Assembly: GCF_009914755.1 (NCBI RefSeq)
Contig: NC_060933.1
Reading direction: 5' to 3' (one strand)
From: the human T2T-CHM13v2.0 reference genome, Homo sapiens
DNA length: 64,000 nt
This document shows, in pieces, positions 14,731-32,121 of this stretch. Each line of letters starts with the position of its first letter. Within the stretch, counting starts at the first letter, position 1. The notes beneath the pieces are model-generated. The model did no database searches. It was not told the origin of the DNA and worked only from the letters and a program-made list of their open reading frames with translations. Both the position numbers and the translations under genes were made by a program.

Positions 14731-16734
14731 GCGGCTACAAATTAAAGGTGAGCAACACCAGTAAGATGGCAGAATAGGAAGTTCTAGCTCTGGTACCCCC
14801 CAGAGAAACACTGATTTAATAATATTCAGCCAAAACACCTTTGTGAGAATTCCAGAATTCAGTTAAGAAGTTATAATTCCCCAGGCAGGTGCAAAGATGA
14901 AAACTGTTGCCTTGAAATTGGTAAAAAGAGCAATTTCACATATCCACTTCCACCCCTGCCTCTGGGCACAGCTCAGTGCCCAGAGAGATAACCCTTCCTA
15001 GGACTTCTTTTTGGGGGAAAGAAAAGTGGAGCAATGAAGAAAAGTGGAACAATGACGAAGGCAGCATAGTTTGGATGCTTAGGGGCCACTGAGAACAAAG
15101 AATAATGCGGGTTGGTGGAAGCTTCCTGTATTGGGCACAGTTTAGCACACAACTTGAGATTCTTCCTCAAGAGGGAGGGAGAGCTGAGGAGTATGCATCT
15201 GACATTCGAATTTTCAGAAGACTGATCAAAGGATTGGTATAAATCTTGCCGAAATTGGAAGCTAACAGAAGGCTGGCAAGGTGTAGATACTTAGTAGCAG
15301 CTGAGAACAAGGAAGATCAAGGCAATTTTCTGCTATAGAACTAGAGAACCTTCAGTGCCGCAAGTAGACACCAGACAGAGAAAGAGTTTATAAGCTCCTG
15401 AAAAAGAAAGCAGCAAGCCTCTTGGATTGAGAAATCAAACGCAGAGGCCCAGAGTTGATGGGTTCCCCCTTAAAAAAGGACTATAGAGGCTTTCATAATC
15501 TCTCATAAGGCTGAGTGTCTTCTTCTCTACAAACTCAGTTCATAAAAACTAAGAGAGGTGGGTTTTTTCTAAATGCATGAACAAAAAGTTATGAGACATA
15601 AATAAAAATAGGAAACATGGCCCAATACAAGGATCAAGGATCAAAGTAAACATCCAGTAACTGGCCCTAAAGAAATGGACGTATAGAAACAAACTCAAAA
15701 ATAATTCAAAATAATCATGATAAAAAATACTCTATAAACTGAAGAAAATTTTGCGTGAACAAAATAAGAATTTCAACAAAAAAAAAGACAATTTTTAAAA
15801 AGAACCAAACAGAAGTTCTGGAGATAAAGAATGCACAATAACTAAACTTAAAAATGTATTAGTGTGCTTTTATAGCACATTTAATCAAGAAGATGAAAGA
15901 ATCAGTGAACTTGAAGACAGATCATTTGAAGTTTATATTCAGAGTAACATAAAGAAGAAAATAATGAAAATGAGTGAAGGAAGTCTAAAGATTGTATGAG
16001 ATTCCATCGGGCAGACAAATGTATGCATATGAGAGTTCCAAAAAAAGAAGAAGGGAGAGAAAGGGGTAAAAAGCTTATTTAAAAAGTAATGGCTGAAAAT
16101 TTCCCAAATCTAGGAAAGAAAAATGTACATTCAGATACAAGAAGTCCAATGGACTCCAACTATCAGGAAAACAACAAAATCCACATTGACACATTGTAAT
16201 TGTCAAAAGTCACATTATAATCAAATTATTAGAAGTCAAAGGAGAGAATTTTGAAATCAGCAAGAAAAGTCGTATACCAAATACAAGGGAATGACTATGA
16301 GACTATTAATAGATTTCTCAACAGAATTTTTGCAAGCGAAAGGGGATGGGAAAATATATTTAAAGTGCTGAAAGAAAAAAAAAACTTGACAACAAAAATA
16401 CTGTATCTGACTAACCTATCATTCAAAAATGAAATATAAATATGAACTTTCTCAAATAAAAAAAAAGGCTGGGGGTTCATCACCACAACCTTGGCCTTAG
16501 AAATGTTAAAGGGTGTCCTTTAAGTTGAAAGAAAGGATGCTAAACAGCAACACAAAACCATATGAATATATAAAACTCACTGGTACAGGTAACTATAAAG
16601 AAAAATATAAACTGTAACAGCATAAATTACTTTTAATTCAGACATAGAAGTTAAAGGATAAAAGTATAAAAATAACTGTAACTATAAAACATATTATGAA
16701 TACAAAAATTTTTGAGAAACTGTAACATCAGTAA

Positions 16735-17091
<357 letters not shown>

Positions 17092-17796
17092 AATTTTTTA
17101 TTAACTTAAAATAAATTGTTATAACTATAAGGCATTTATGTAAGCCCCATGATAACTATGAAGAAAATTTTTATAGAAGATGTAAATCAAAATAATGAGA
17201 AAGAAATCACTCTTGTGATTGCAAAATAAAATAGCAAAACACAAAGAAAAATAGCACAAGAGAAAAAGAGAAACAAAAAAACTTTTAATGCTTATACAAA
17301 ATAAATGACAAAACGACAGAGGTCTCTCCTTATCAGTAATTACTTTAAATTTAAATAAATTAAACTTCCCATTCAAAAGTCAGCAATTGATAGATGTATC
17401 AAGAAAATGATCCAATCTAGAGAAAGTCAGTTTGGCTCTAATGATACAATAGGCTAAACATAAAACAACGGAAAAATATATTCTATACAGATGGTAACCA
17501 AAAAGAGATTAGTGGTGGCCATGAATATATCAGATAATATAGACTTTAAGTCAAAAACTGTCAAGAAATTTAAAAAATATATATAATTTGAAAAGGGTCA
17601 ATTCACCAGAAAGACATACAATTATAAATAGATACACACCCAAAAGCAGAGCACCCAAATATATAAAGCAAATATCAAGAGAACTGAAGGGAGAAATAGC
17701 AACACAATAATAGCAGAGAATTCCAATACTTTCAGTAATAGAACATCCAGACAGGAAATCAATAAGAAAATACAGTACCCGAACAACACTATAGAC

Positions 17797-18016
17797 CAAG
17801 CCCATTCAACCATGGCCAGTGGGCCGTATGCAACTCAGGACCGCTTTGAATGTGGCCCGACACAAATTCATAAACGTTCTTAAAGTATTATGAGCATTTT
17901 TTTGCTATTTTTTTTTAGCTCATCAGCTATCATTAGTGTTAGCTTATTTTATGTGTGGCCCAAGAAAATTCTTCTTCCAATTTTGGTTCTTCAAGCCAAA
18001 ATACTGAACACCCCTG
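17797..18016 (+). mobile_element. MER30 hAT-Charlie MITE
   Basis: caagcccattcaacc...gctttgaatgtggcccgacacaaattc...gaacacccctg. Perfect 8-bp TSD CTATAGAC at 17789-17796 and 18017-18024. Confidence 0.92.
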
Positions 18017-20721
18017 CTATAGACCAAATGGACCTAACAAATATACACAGAACATTTCACCCAAGACCAGCATAATACACACTCATCTTAAGCACACAAA
18101 ACATCCTCCAAGATAGATCACATGTTAGGTCACAAAATAAGCCAGAAGATTTAATAAGACTGAAGTCATACTGAGTACATTTTCCAACCACAGTAGAATG
18201 AAACTTAGAATTAATGGCAGGGGGAAAACTGGAAAATGTATAATTATAAATAAAGCAAACAATGCATTCTTAACCAATGAGTCAAAGAAGAAACTAAAAG
18301 GGATATTGGAAAATATCTTAAAACAAATGGAAATGAAAACACAACATACCAAATTTTAGGGATACAGCAAAAGTAATAGTAAGAGGAAAGTTCATAGAGA
18401 GAAATCCCTACACATAAAAAAGAAGAAAGATTTCATATGAAAATTTAACCTAGTACCTCAAGGAACTAGAAAAAAAAATAATAAATTAGTTCACATTTAG
18501 TATAACGAAGAAAAAAAGAATAAAGCAGAAAAAATAAAATACAGAATAGAAAAACAGAACAAATCAATAAAACTAAGAGTTGGTATTTTGAAGAGATCAA
18601 CAAAATTGACAAGCCTTTAGGCTGGTCAGCTAAGAAAAGAAGAGAGAAGTCTCAAATAAATGAAATTCAAATGAAAGAAGAGATAGTACAACTGATGCCA
18701 CAGAAATTAAAAGGATGATGTCATAGAGACTAAATAATCAGATGCCAACAAATTGGATACCCTAGAAGAAATGAATAAATTCCTAGGAACATACAACTTA
18801 ACCAAGACAGAGCCATGAAGAAATAGAAAATCTGAACAGTCCTATATCTACTAAGAAGGTCAAATCAGTAATCAAAAACCTTCCAATAGAGAAAACCCCT
18901 GGATCAGATGGCTTCACTGGTAAATTTTACCAAACATTTAAAGAATTAACACGAGTCCTCCTCAAATTCTCCCAAAGAAATTAAGAATGAAGAACACTTT
19001 CTAACTAACATTATGAGGTCAACATTATCTTGATACCAAGGCCAGGGAAAGAGACACTACAAAAAAATGAACACCAATATTCCTGATAAATATAAACGTA
19101 CAAATGCTCAGCAAAATACTAGCAAATCAAATTTTAACACCACATTAAAAGGATTATACATTATGACAAAGTGGAATTTATTCCTGATATGCCAGAAGGG
19201 TTTAAGATATAAAAACCAATCAATGTGATATACCATACTAACAAATGAAAGCACAAAAATCACATGATCATTTTGATAGAAGTCGAAAAAGCATTTGATA
19301 AAATTCAACACTCTTTTATGATGAAAACACTCACAAAACAAGAAATGAAAGGAAATTATCTCAACATAATAAAGGAAATATATAAAAGCTCACAACAAAC
19401 TTCCTACTCAATCATGAAATATTCCTCCAAGATAAGGCACAAGATGAAGATGTCCAATCTCACCACCTTATTTAACATAGTACAGTAAGTATTAGCCAGA
19501 GAAATTAGGTAAGAAAAAGAAATAAAATACACACAAATAGAAAAAGAAGATGTATAATTATTACTATTCACAGATGAAATGATCTTATAGGTAGAAGACT
19601 ATAAGGATTACACAAAACAGTTACAAATTATAAACAAATTTAGCAAAGTTGCAAGATATAATGTCAGTATACAAAAACAAGTTGTTTTCCCATATAGTAA
19701 TAACAAAAAAACTAACAAGTACATTAACAAAATAATCTTATTTATAATAGCATAAAAATAACAAAATACTTTGAAATAAACCTAACCAAGGAGGCAAAGA
19801 ATTTGTACATAATAAAGCCATAAAATATTGCTAAAAGAAAAAAAAATCTAAAGAAGACACAAGCAAATGGGAAGACATCCCATTTTCATGAACTGGAAGG
19901 CTTACTATTAAAATGTTCATACTATCCAAGGTGTTCTACAGATTAAAACATAATTTCTATCTTAATCTCAATGGTAGGTTTTTGAAGAAAAGAAAAACTC
20001 TTAAAATTCATATAGAACTACAAAGGATCCGAAAAAACAAAAACAATCTTGAGAAAGAACAAACCTGGAGTCCTCACAATTTCTGATTTCAAAATATTTT
20101 ACAAATCCACATAAATCAAAACAGTATGGTACCGGCATAAAGACAGGTACATGGACCAAGGAACAGAATAGAGAGTTCAGAAGTAAACCCATGCAGATAC
20201 AGTAAAGTAATCTTCAACAAGAGTGCCAAGATCACAAATGGAGAAAGGTAAACCTGTTCAGCTAATGGTGTTTGGACAACTGGATATCCATACGAAAAAG
20301 AATAAAATTAGAACCTTTTACTATACCTTACCCACAAATTAACTCAAAATGGATTAAAAAGTTAAATGTAAGACCTAAAGTTATAAATCTCCTGAAAGGA
20401 AACTTAGAAGGAAAGCTTTGAACATTGGTCTTGGTAATGATTTTTTTGGCTATGACATGAAAAACACAATGCAACAAAAGCAAAGTGAAGGGAGATTACA
20501 CCAAACTAAATAGCCTATGCACAGCAAAAGAAATAATTAACAGAGTGAAAATTCAACCTACAAATTGGAGAAAACATTTACTACTCATATATCTGATAAG
20601 AAGTTGGTAACCAAAATATCTACAAATCAAAATAATCCTATTTGATCCTACAAATCAAAATAATAAATAAATAAACAAACCAACCAATAACCCAATTAAA
20701 AGGTGGAAAAAGATCTGAGTA

Positions 20722-21004
20722 GGCCAGGCACAGTGGCTCATGCGTGTAATCCCAGCATTTTGGGAGGCTGAGTCGGGCAAATCATTTGAGGTCAGGAGTT
20801 CGAGACCAACATGGTTAACATGGCAAAACCCTGTCTCTATTAAAAATACAAAAATTAGCTGAGTGTGGTGGCGGGCACCTGTAATCCCAGCTACTCATGA
20901 GGCTGAGACACCAGAGTCACTTGAACCCAGGAGATGGAGGCTGCAGTGAGCTGAGATGGTGCCACCGTGCTCCAGCCTGGGTGATGGAGTGTGAATCTGT
21001 CTCC

Positions 21005-21033
<29 letters not shown>
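20722..21033 (+). mobile_element. AluS (Sx/Sz-like)
   Basis: Full dimer with ~29-nt poly(A). Flanking repeat aaaagatctgagta at 20708-20721 and 21045-21058. Confidence 0.93.
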
Positions 21034-21036
<3 letters not shown>

Positions 21037-22229
21037 GGGTGGGTAAAAGATCTGAGTAGACATTTTTCCAAAGAAGACATACAAATAACAACAGGTATAT
21101 GAAAAGATGCTCAACATCACTAATCATTACTAAATTGCAAATCAGTATCATAATGAGGGAACAACTCACACCTGTTAGGATGTTCATTACCCCCAAAATT
21201 AAAAATTTAATAATAAAAAAAAAACAGAAAAGATCAAGCATTGGTAAGACTGTGAGAAACTGGAACCTTCATGCACTGTTAGTGGGGTTGTAAAATGCTA
21301 TAATTGCTGTGGAAAACAGTATGGAGGTCCCTCAAAAAGTTAAAAAAAGAACTGCCACATGATGTAGCAATCCTGCTTTTAGGTATTTACTCAAAAGAAC
21401 TGAAATCAGAATCTTGAGATGTTTTCACTCCCATGCTCTTTGAAACATTACTCAGAAAGCCAAGAGATTTTAAAATACATACATATCTATCAATCAATGA
21501 ATGGATTAGAAAACTACAAAACATACAATGGGGTATTACTCAGACAAAAAAATGAAGGAAGTATTTTCATATGCTACAACATGGATGAAACTTGAAAATA
21601 TGTTAAGTGAAATACTCCAGTCACTGAAGGACAAATACTGCATGATTCCACTTATCTGAGGTATCTAAAGTACTCAAACCCTTAGAAAGAGAAAGTAGAA
21701 TGGTGGGCCTTAGGGAAGGAGGAAATGGGGAGCTGCTGTTCAATGGACGAAAAGTGTCAGTCATGCAAGATGCAAAGTTGTAGAGATCTTCTGTACAACA
21801 TTGTGTTCATAGTTAAAATACTGTACTGTGCACTTAAAATTTGTTAAAAGTGTAAATCTCATATTAGAGGATTTTTTTACCACAATAATAAAAAGATAAT
21901 TCTACCCTGAAGCAATGAAAAACTAGCAATCTTAGAATCATGTTTTATACATATGTCTTCACATAGCATTTTCTATAACCACAGTGTGGTGAAAATACTC
22001 TCTGGCTCAAATAACAATGTTATTTGAATAAACATATTTGAATAAAAATATTCTTTCACTCAAATAACAATGTTCTTATTCACAAGCACAACAGGCACTC
22101 TTAGAAACATCTTTTATTTGTGTAAAAAAATGGGGGAACTTGGTCTTTACCTTAAGATATTAGAAAATAACAATAAACAAAAGATCAAAAGAAATCAGAC
22201 AAACGGATAAATGGATGCATACTGGGCCA

Positions 22230-22660
22230 GAGAATCTGTGTTTCATTTCACAGATCTGGAAGTTCCAGTGAAGGGCTCTAAATAAGGTGGTGATAAATGG
22301 AAAGTGGTGTTTTCACATGATTTAGTCTACAGTTTATGACTTGATGAGAAAGGAGAGAAATGTGGGACAAGGCACCAATTGAAATATTTTGGCATCAGTC
22401 TAATTGGCAAACACATAGCAGCTGGAGTAAAGCCATATTGGTAAGAATGAAAAGAGAAATAGACATGAGAGATGTTTTCAAAGCAGCATCAACAAACGTA
22501 AAGTTAAATGGATGTAGACAGTTAGAAAATGAATGAAGAAATAATAGCTGAAATTTCAAGTCAATGTGAAAGTGTGACAAGTTACTGAAAGGAATGAGGA
22601 GGACTTGAGATGATTGATTTTGACAAAAACAATGGCTAAATTAAGTAGCATTGTTTAGGG
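22230..22660 (-). mobile_element. L2 fragment
   Basis: Purine-rich L2 antisense motifs such as gaaatagacatgagagatgttttca. Boundaries approximate. Confidence 0.5.
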
Positions 22661-23229
22661 TAGCTTGGGGTAGAGTTTAGCACCGATCCACATTCTACCT
22701 ACTGAAAAACTAACTTCACACCTAATCTAAGTAAATCATATGACTGGTTTTTAAATGCGGTGACAAATTATTTTCCTTGTATATCCCCATCAACTGCCCC
22801 ATCAACCCCTCTAAGCCACACTCATACAAATTAGAGAACCATCTCTGTTCTAATTTCAGTGATGGAAGAATACAACTTGGAAATGCTCAGCAAGATACTT
22901 AAGATGCCAAAAGGAAATTCCAAGGGCTGGAGGCTTAGTAAGCATTCTATGCTGGAGATATAAACATGCTATCACCGGCATGATCTCAGGCAAGGCTCTT
23001 ATTATTCCCAGACCTTATCGTTTTTATTTACAGAATGCACAAACTCCTTTTACATGAGAAAGCCTCTAATATGTAATATTTGGCATCATTACACATGTAG
23101 AGAAACTGATACTCAATACTCAGGAGACATCTTTGGGTATTTATACAAAACTTGTTTTAATATCTGTGCAATGAGTCTACTGATGGGTGAAACTATCTGA
23201 AGAATAATTATAACCTTCTATAATTTTTA

Positions 23230-23465
23230 TCACTTTTAATGATAATTATTTATTCTGCAGCCATATATCAGGTATTACACTTGGCACTCTAAAATGTTTA
23301 ATCATCAGAGCAATACTGCAAAGGGATTTTTATTACTCTCATTTTACCAATGAGGTAATTGAGGATCTGGATAAATATCTTGACAGAAACCTCTCAACTG
23401 ACAAGGAACTGAATCAGAATACCCAAGTCTATTGACTATAAGTCTATGGCTATTATCATCCCACT
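23230..23465 (-). mobile_element. MIR fragment
   Basis: ttattactctcattttaccaatgaggtaattgagg...cagaatacccaagtctattgact. Confidence 0.65.
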
Positions 23466-23774
23466 AACTTGTGACTTATTCACCACATTCGAAACATGAG
23501 AAACAGAGCATTGAGCTTAGCAGACTGCTGCCATTCAAGACACCAAGTCCTAAAAACAAATGCATTTTCCATTCCATTATTTCTAATACTTTAAGTACTA
23601 TATATTTATATTCTAGCCACTTATGGTAGAAATCATTTTAAAGTGCACCAACATTCCTACAATTTCAACAGAGTATGTAACTCAAAATATAACCATTTCT
23701 CATGATTAATATGTATGATTAAATTTCATAAGAGTTTTGCTTTATATATGTATTTTTTTCTTTGCATAAGTTTG

Positions 23775-27569
<3,795 letters not shown>

Positions 27570-28759
27570 AGTGCTTTATAGTTTCTGGGCCTGTATTAGG
27601 TAAACTCGACTTCTTCCTTTGTTGGTAACTGTTAGTTTTTCTGTCTTACTAGTATGTGCCATTGTTTGCAATCTGCTACTTTATTTTGACACAAAATTGT
27701 GAGAACCTAATGAGTGCTTTAAGGTGTTTTTAATTCCCCATGAAATAAACCTTTTGAACTTTGTCAAACATCATTGCTGCTAAAAGAACTTTTTTAATCT
27801 GTGTCTGAGCTCACAGTTCAATATCTGAGTGAACTTTACATTTGAAGCAGCATGTGCCACAACAAAAGAAAAAAAATCCAGGGTTAGATTATATAAAGAC
27901 TAAGGACTTATAGGCTTTTGCAGTTTTGGTGTGTTAACAGTCCAGATTTTAGTATTCAAAAAGTTGTAATAAATTTGGCCATGACCTGGCTAAAATAAAT
28001 ATTCAACAGAATCATACTTGTTTTTAGTACATATGCCATGAGTCTCTGGGGTATGCATATGAAAAGAAAAGTAGAGCACTCATTTGGGAAAATATCACAA
28101 TCAGCAAGGTGGGAAGAGAGAGAGCCATCCATAGTCTGAAAAAGTATATGTTCAATATAGCTATGCTTTAAAAAATCTCCAGAAAATCAGGATTAGTAAA
28201 ATTAGTTTGACTGGTATGAATCCACAGAAGAAAATAAGAAAGTATTCTGAGTAGCTTGAGAGTGTGAGAAACCAAAAATATGAGACACATATAAGAAATC
28301 CAGATCCGAATAGTGGTGTGCTATGCACTGCAGTTTTTTTAGAGACCATCTAGTTTTGCTCAAAGCCCTAGCCAGTAATATAGAATAAAGAAAAACATCC
28401 CATACACCAAAGGAAAAGAGCTAGAAAAACATGAGGAACAAGAAGACTATAAGAATTCCGTTCAAGGAGGCTGAAATTGATGGTTTGGAAGAGGGAAAAC
28501 AGAAGGGTAACTGGAAATCAAGGAAGAACCCCTGCCATGTTGACAGGAGGCCCGATAACCTAAGAACATGGCACCAACTAAATCATTGCTCTGACTTAGT
28601 AGAAGGCTTAAAATCATAAAACAGATTACAGTTTTGTTCCCCCCATGAGAATGGACATTATTAAGTTCAACTTCAACTGGGTGAAGATGTATCTCCATAT
28701 TTTTTTAACTCTGCATCAGTATAGGAGATGGAAGATGTCAGTATTGTCAGAATAAGACA

Positions 28760-29065
28760 ATGCCACTTTAAAATCAGATGGCATCAATTCCTTTAGTGCT
28801 TAAAAAGCTTCAGCATCTCCATATATTGCTTTTAGAATTAAGCACACACTTCTTAAAAGTATTCCCAAGCCTCATCCATATCTGTATCTCTAGGCTTAGC
28901 ATTTACCACTTTTTATATGACATTTTATATAGCTGACCTTGCAAGTGTCTTTCTTAATCTGGCCATATTGTCCTGTCTCCAGGCTTGTTCATATGCTATT
29001 CTCGCAGACTGGAGGACCCTTAGCATATTTCTTCCTTGGATGAAGTAGCCCAATAAACATTTCTT
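28760..29065 (+). mobile_element. L2 fragment
   Basis: tgcttaaaaagcttcagcatctcc...tgttcatatgctattctc...cccaataaacattt. Confidence 0.5.
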
Positions 29066-30079
29066 ATTTAAATAATACTAATAATGGCATGGATAGGTAA
29101 GGAGGGGGAGAGTGGATAGATGAATAAACAACACAGACTATTTGGGGGATCATTAGAGCTGCGGGAAAAGCAAACTCTGGTTGTTATATTATTGAGAATA
29201 AAACTTTGGATTTTTTTTCGCAAGTCCTGCAACTATTCTAAAAAAAAGTTGATAATTTTCCTTGATGTTTTCTCACTATGTATAGTATATAACAATTTAT
29301 GAACACCAAGAACAATGTATTTACAGAATAGGAGATTGTTAACAAAAACAAGAACTATATCCTCTTTTTGTTGTTCAGAAAGAATGTCACATGTCAATAA
29401 AACTGTTTAACATTTTCAGCGAGCTATTTATAATCAATGGGGCAAATTAAAGTAAATGTATCGCAATAGTTGTTGCTATATTGTAACTGTACATCACTTA
29501 AAAATATACCATAAATCCTTCATAAAGTATTTCTATAGTGCGTTAATGTAGCCTATATATAGTGTTTCTAAATATGTTCATTCTTCAGAACAGTTCTTAA
29601 AATTTTAAAAATACCTTAAAATAAAACAATTGTCAAGGCTCATGGAGTCTGGATAAGAGTTTTTAAAGTTTTAAAACCATCTCTGCATTTCTCCACTGAA
29701 CAATTTTTTACCTCTTTTAAAGACTTACACATAGAACCACATTTGGGCAAAAATCTCCCTTTAAGCCTAGAGCATGCTATTAGTTATTCTGAAAGCTACA
29801 GGAGGATAATAACTCTCTATACACATAGAGGAAGATTATGAGTGGTAAGAACACCTCAGCATTAGTGTGCATGGTGACGTGTTCATGGGATTTCAAGCAC
29901 TTCAGGACTCAGAACAAATAGTTCTTCTCAAGAGTGCTCTTCCCCAAGGAGCCTCGTTATTTTCTTCATACCTTGTCCTTAAAAATGCAGAGAAAACTGA
30001 AAGGGTTAGTTATTTGGAGCAAGTACTGTGCTCTTCTGCCAAGATGAAAGTAAAATAGAGATGGTAAAGGACATGAAAA

Positions 30080-30250
30080 TAACACTTGTTAATGAACTAC
30101 AGTGGCAGGCCTATGTTACATTTTACATTATAGTTAATTGGGAACTATTTTCTTCTAAGAGATAAGAAAACCAAGACACCAAGAATTTCAGAAGCTTCTC
30201 CAGAGTCACAATACCAAAAAATTGTGGTTTGGATTCAAAATCAGGTTTGA
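30080..30250 (-). mobile_element. MIR fragment
   Basis: gagataagaaaaccaagacac...cttctccagagtcaca...ggattcaaaatcaggtttga. Confidence 0.55.
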
Positions 30251-30254
30251 TAAT

Positions 30255-32121
30255 ATGACATGATTATAACAACATATTTATAACAACTGTCTTCAGGCAT
30301 GGAACCACAACCAGTGCAGGGCTGCGATCCTTGAGAGAAAAGAACCATACAGTGAGTGTTACATTCACATCGGCTTTGGGGCACTTTCCAAGCAGCAGCA
30401 CAGGGAAGCAGGGAAAAAACAGAACAGACTATCACTAGGCAGAGGAAACTGACATCAGAATACGGGGATGCTGAGATCGTTGAAAGTTACATGTTAGGGT
30501 ACTAGAGAGGAAAGAGCTAACCAGTAAAAGAATGATAGAAATTTGTATAGGAATTACCTTGAGCGTTTGACCAAATATTAAGCCACACAAACCTCCATGA
30601 GGCTTAGCAGCAAACAGCTAATGGAGACTGTGAGCTGAAGTAAGATTCTGGAGGGAATATAGTGCTACAGCATGTCAGAAATAGAATCAGCCAAAAATGC
30701 TGAAAATCCCAGGCATTTAGTTAACATCCCAGAAAGGCCACAAAGCCTACAAACAAAATTAACTGCCCTCCAGAACAAGATTCAATATCCTTTAAAGGAA
30801 AACAAGAAAATGTAGACTTTGTAGCATCCATAATATCCAGTATACATTTTAAAATGTTGCAAAAAAATAGAAAAATGTGACTCATAACCAGCAGGACAAA
30901 ATACTAACCAGAAACAGATCAAGAGAAGACACGGATTTGGGACTTAGGAGAAAATGACAATAAAAATTGTATCATAAATATATTTAAGACTCTAAAAGAA
31001 TAGGCAAATATTATCAGTAAACAGATGCGGGGGATTTAACAGGTAAAAAACTATAAAAGAGAACTGAAAGAAATTCTAAAGTAAAAAATACAATATCTGA
31101 TATTTATTGAATGAGTTTAACAGCAGACTGATGAAAAGCAATGAACTTGAATTGGTATGGAAAATAACCAAACTAAAGCACACAGAGAAAAAATAGAATT
31201 AAACAGACAAGCAATAATGGAAACAGCACAGGTTCTGTAATCTTTGTGATAATGTGTAGTCTAACACAGCAAGCGAGTGTTACTGCCTGTGTTCTGCCTC
31301 CTGTCAGATCAGCAGCAGCATTAGATTCTCAAAGGAGTGCGAACCCTGTTGTGAACTGCACATGCAAGGGAGCTCGGTTGCATGCTCCTTGTGAGAATCT
31401 AATGCCTGATGATCTGAGGTGGAACAGTTTCAGTCTGAAACCATCCCCCCACATTTCCCCCTCCACCACATGCCATAAATGTTGGGGACAACTGATCTAA
31501 CGTACATGTAAGTGGAACCCAGAAGTGAAGAAAAAAGACTAGTCCAGGAAAAAAAGTTGAAGAAATAATTGCTAAAAAAATTTTCAAATTTAATGAAAAC
31601 ATATCAACCCTCAGACCCAAGAAAATCAACAAATGTTAAGCAAAATAAACAGTGATAAAACCACATGTAAGATTATTCTAGTCAAATTGCTGAAAATCAA
31701 AGCTAAGGAAAAAAATCTTAAGTCAAATGAAAAGACACTTTACATATAGGGTAACAAATGTAAATATTATCACTGACTTTATATCAGAAACAATGTAAAT
31801 TAGATGATGAGAGTAAAAAAAATTAAGTACTGAAAAATATCACTTGGAATTCTATATCCTACAAAAAATATTCATCAGGAATAAAGGCAAAATAAACACA
31901 TTTTCAAATAAATAGGAGCTGAAAGAATTCATCATCAGTAAACCCAAATCACTTCAACCACAAGAAATTCCCAAGATAGTGTTTGTCTGAAGGCAAATGA
32001 TATCAAATAAAACTTAAAACTACACAAAAGAATGAAGAAAAGCAAAAAAGGTAAATATGTGAGTAACAAGTAGAGAATGCTCTACTTGTTATTTCTTAAT
32101 TTCTTCATAAAACTACTAACT
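30255..32121 (+). mobile_element. L1MC/L1MD-type element, 5' UTR and ORF1 part (left half of a split element)
   Basis: L1M 5' UTR motifs, ORF1 remnant (gaagaaataattgctaaaaaaattttcaaatttaatgaaaac), and inter-ORF sequence ending ttcttaatttcttcataaaactactaact. Confidence 0.8.
31267..31494 (+). mobile_element. MER1B hAT-Charlie MITE with internal deletions
   Basis: ctgcctcctgtcagatcagcagcagcattagattctca...gagaatctaatgcctgatgatctgaggtggaacagtttc...gttggggacaactg. Degenerate 8-bp TSD gtctaaca / atctaacg. Confidence 0.88.
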
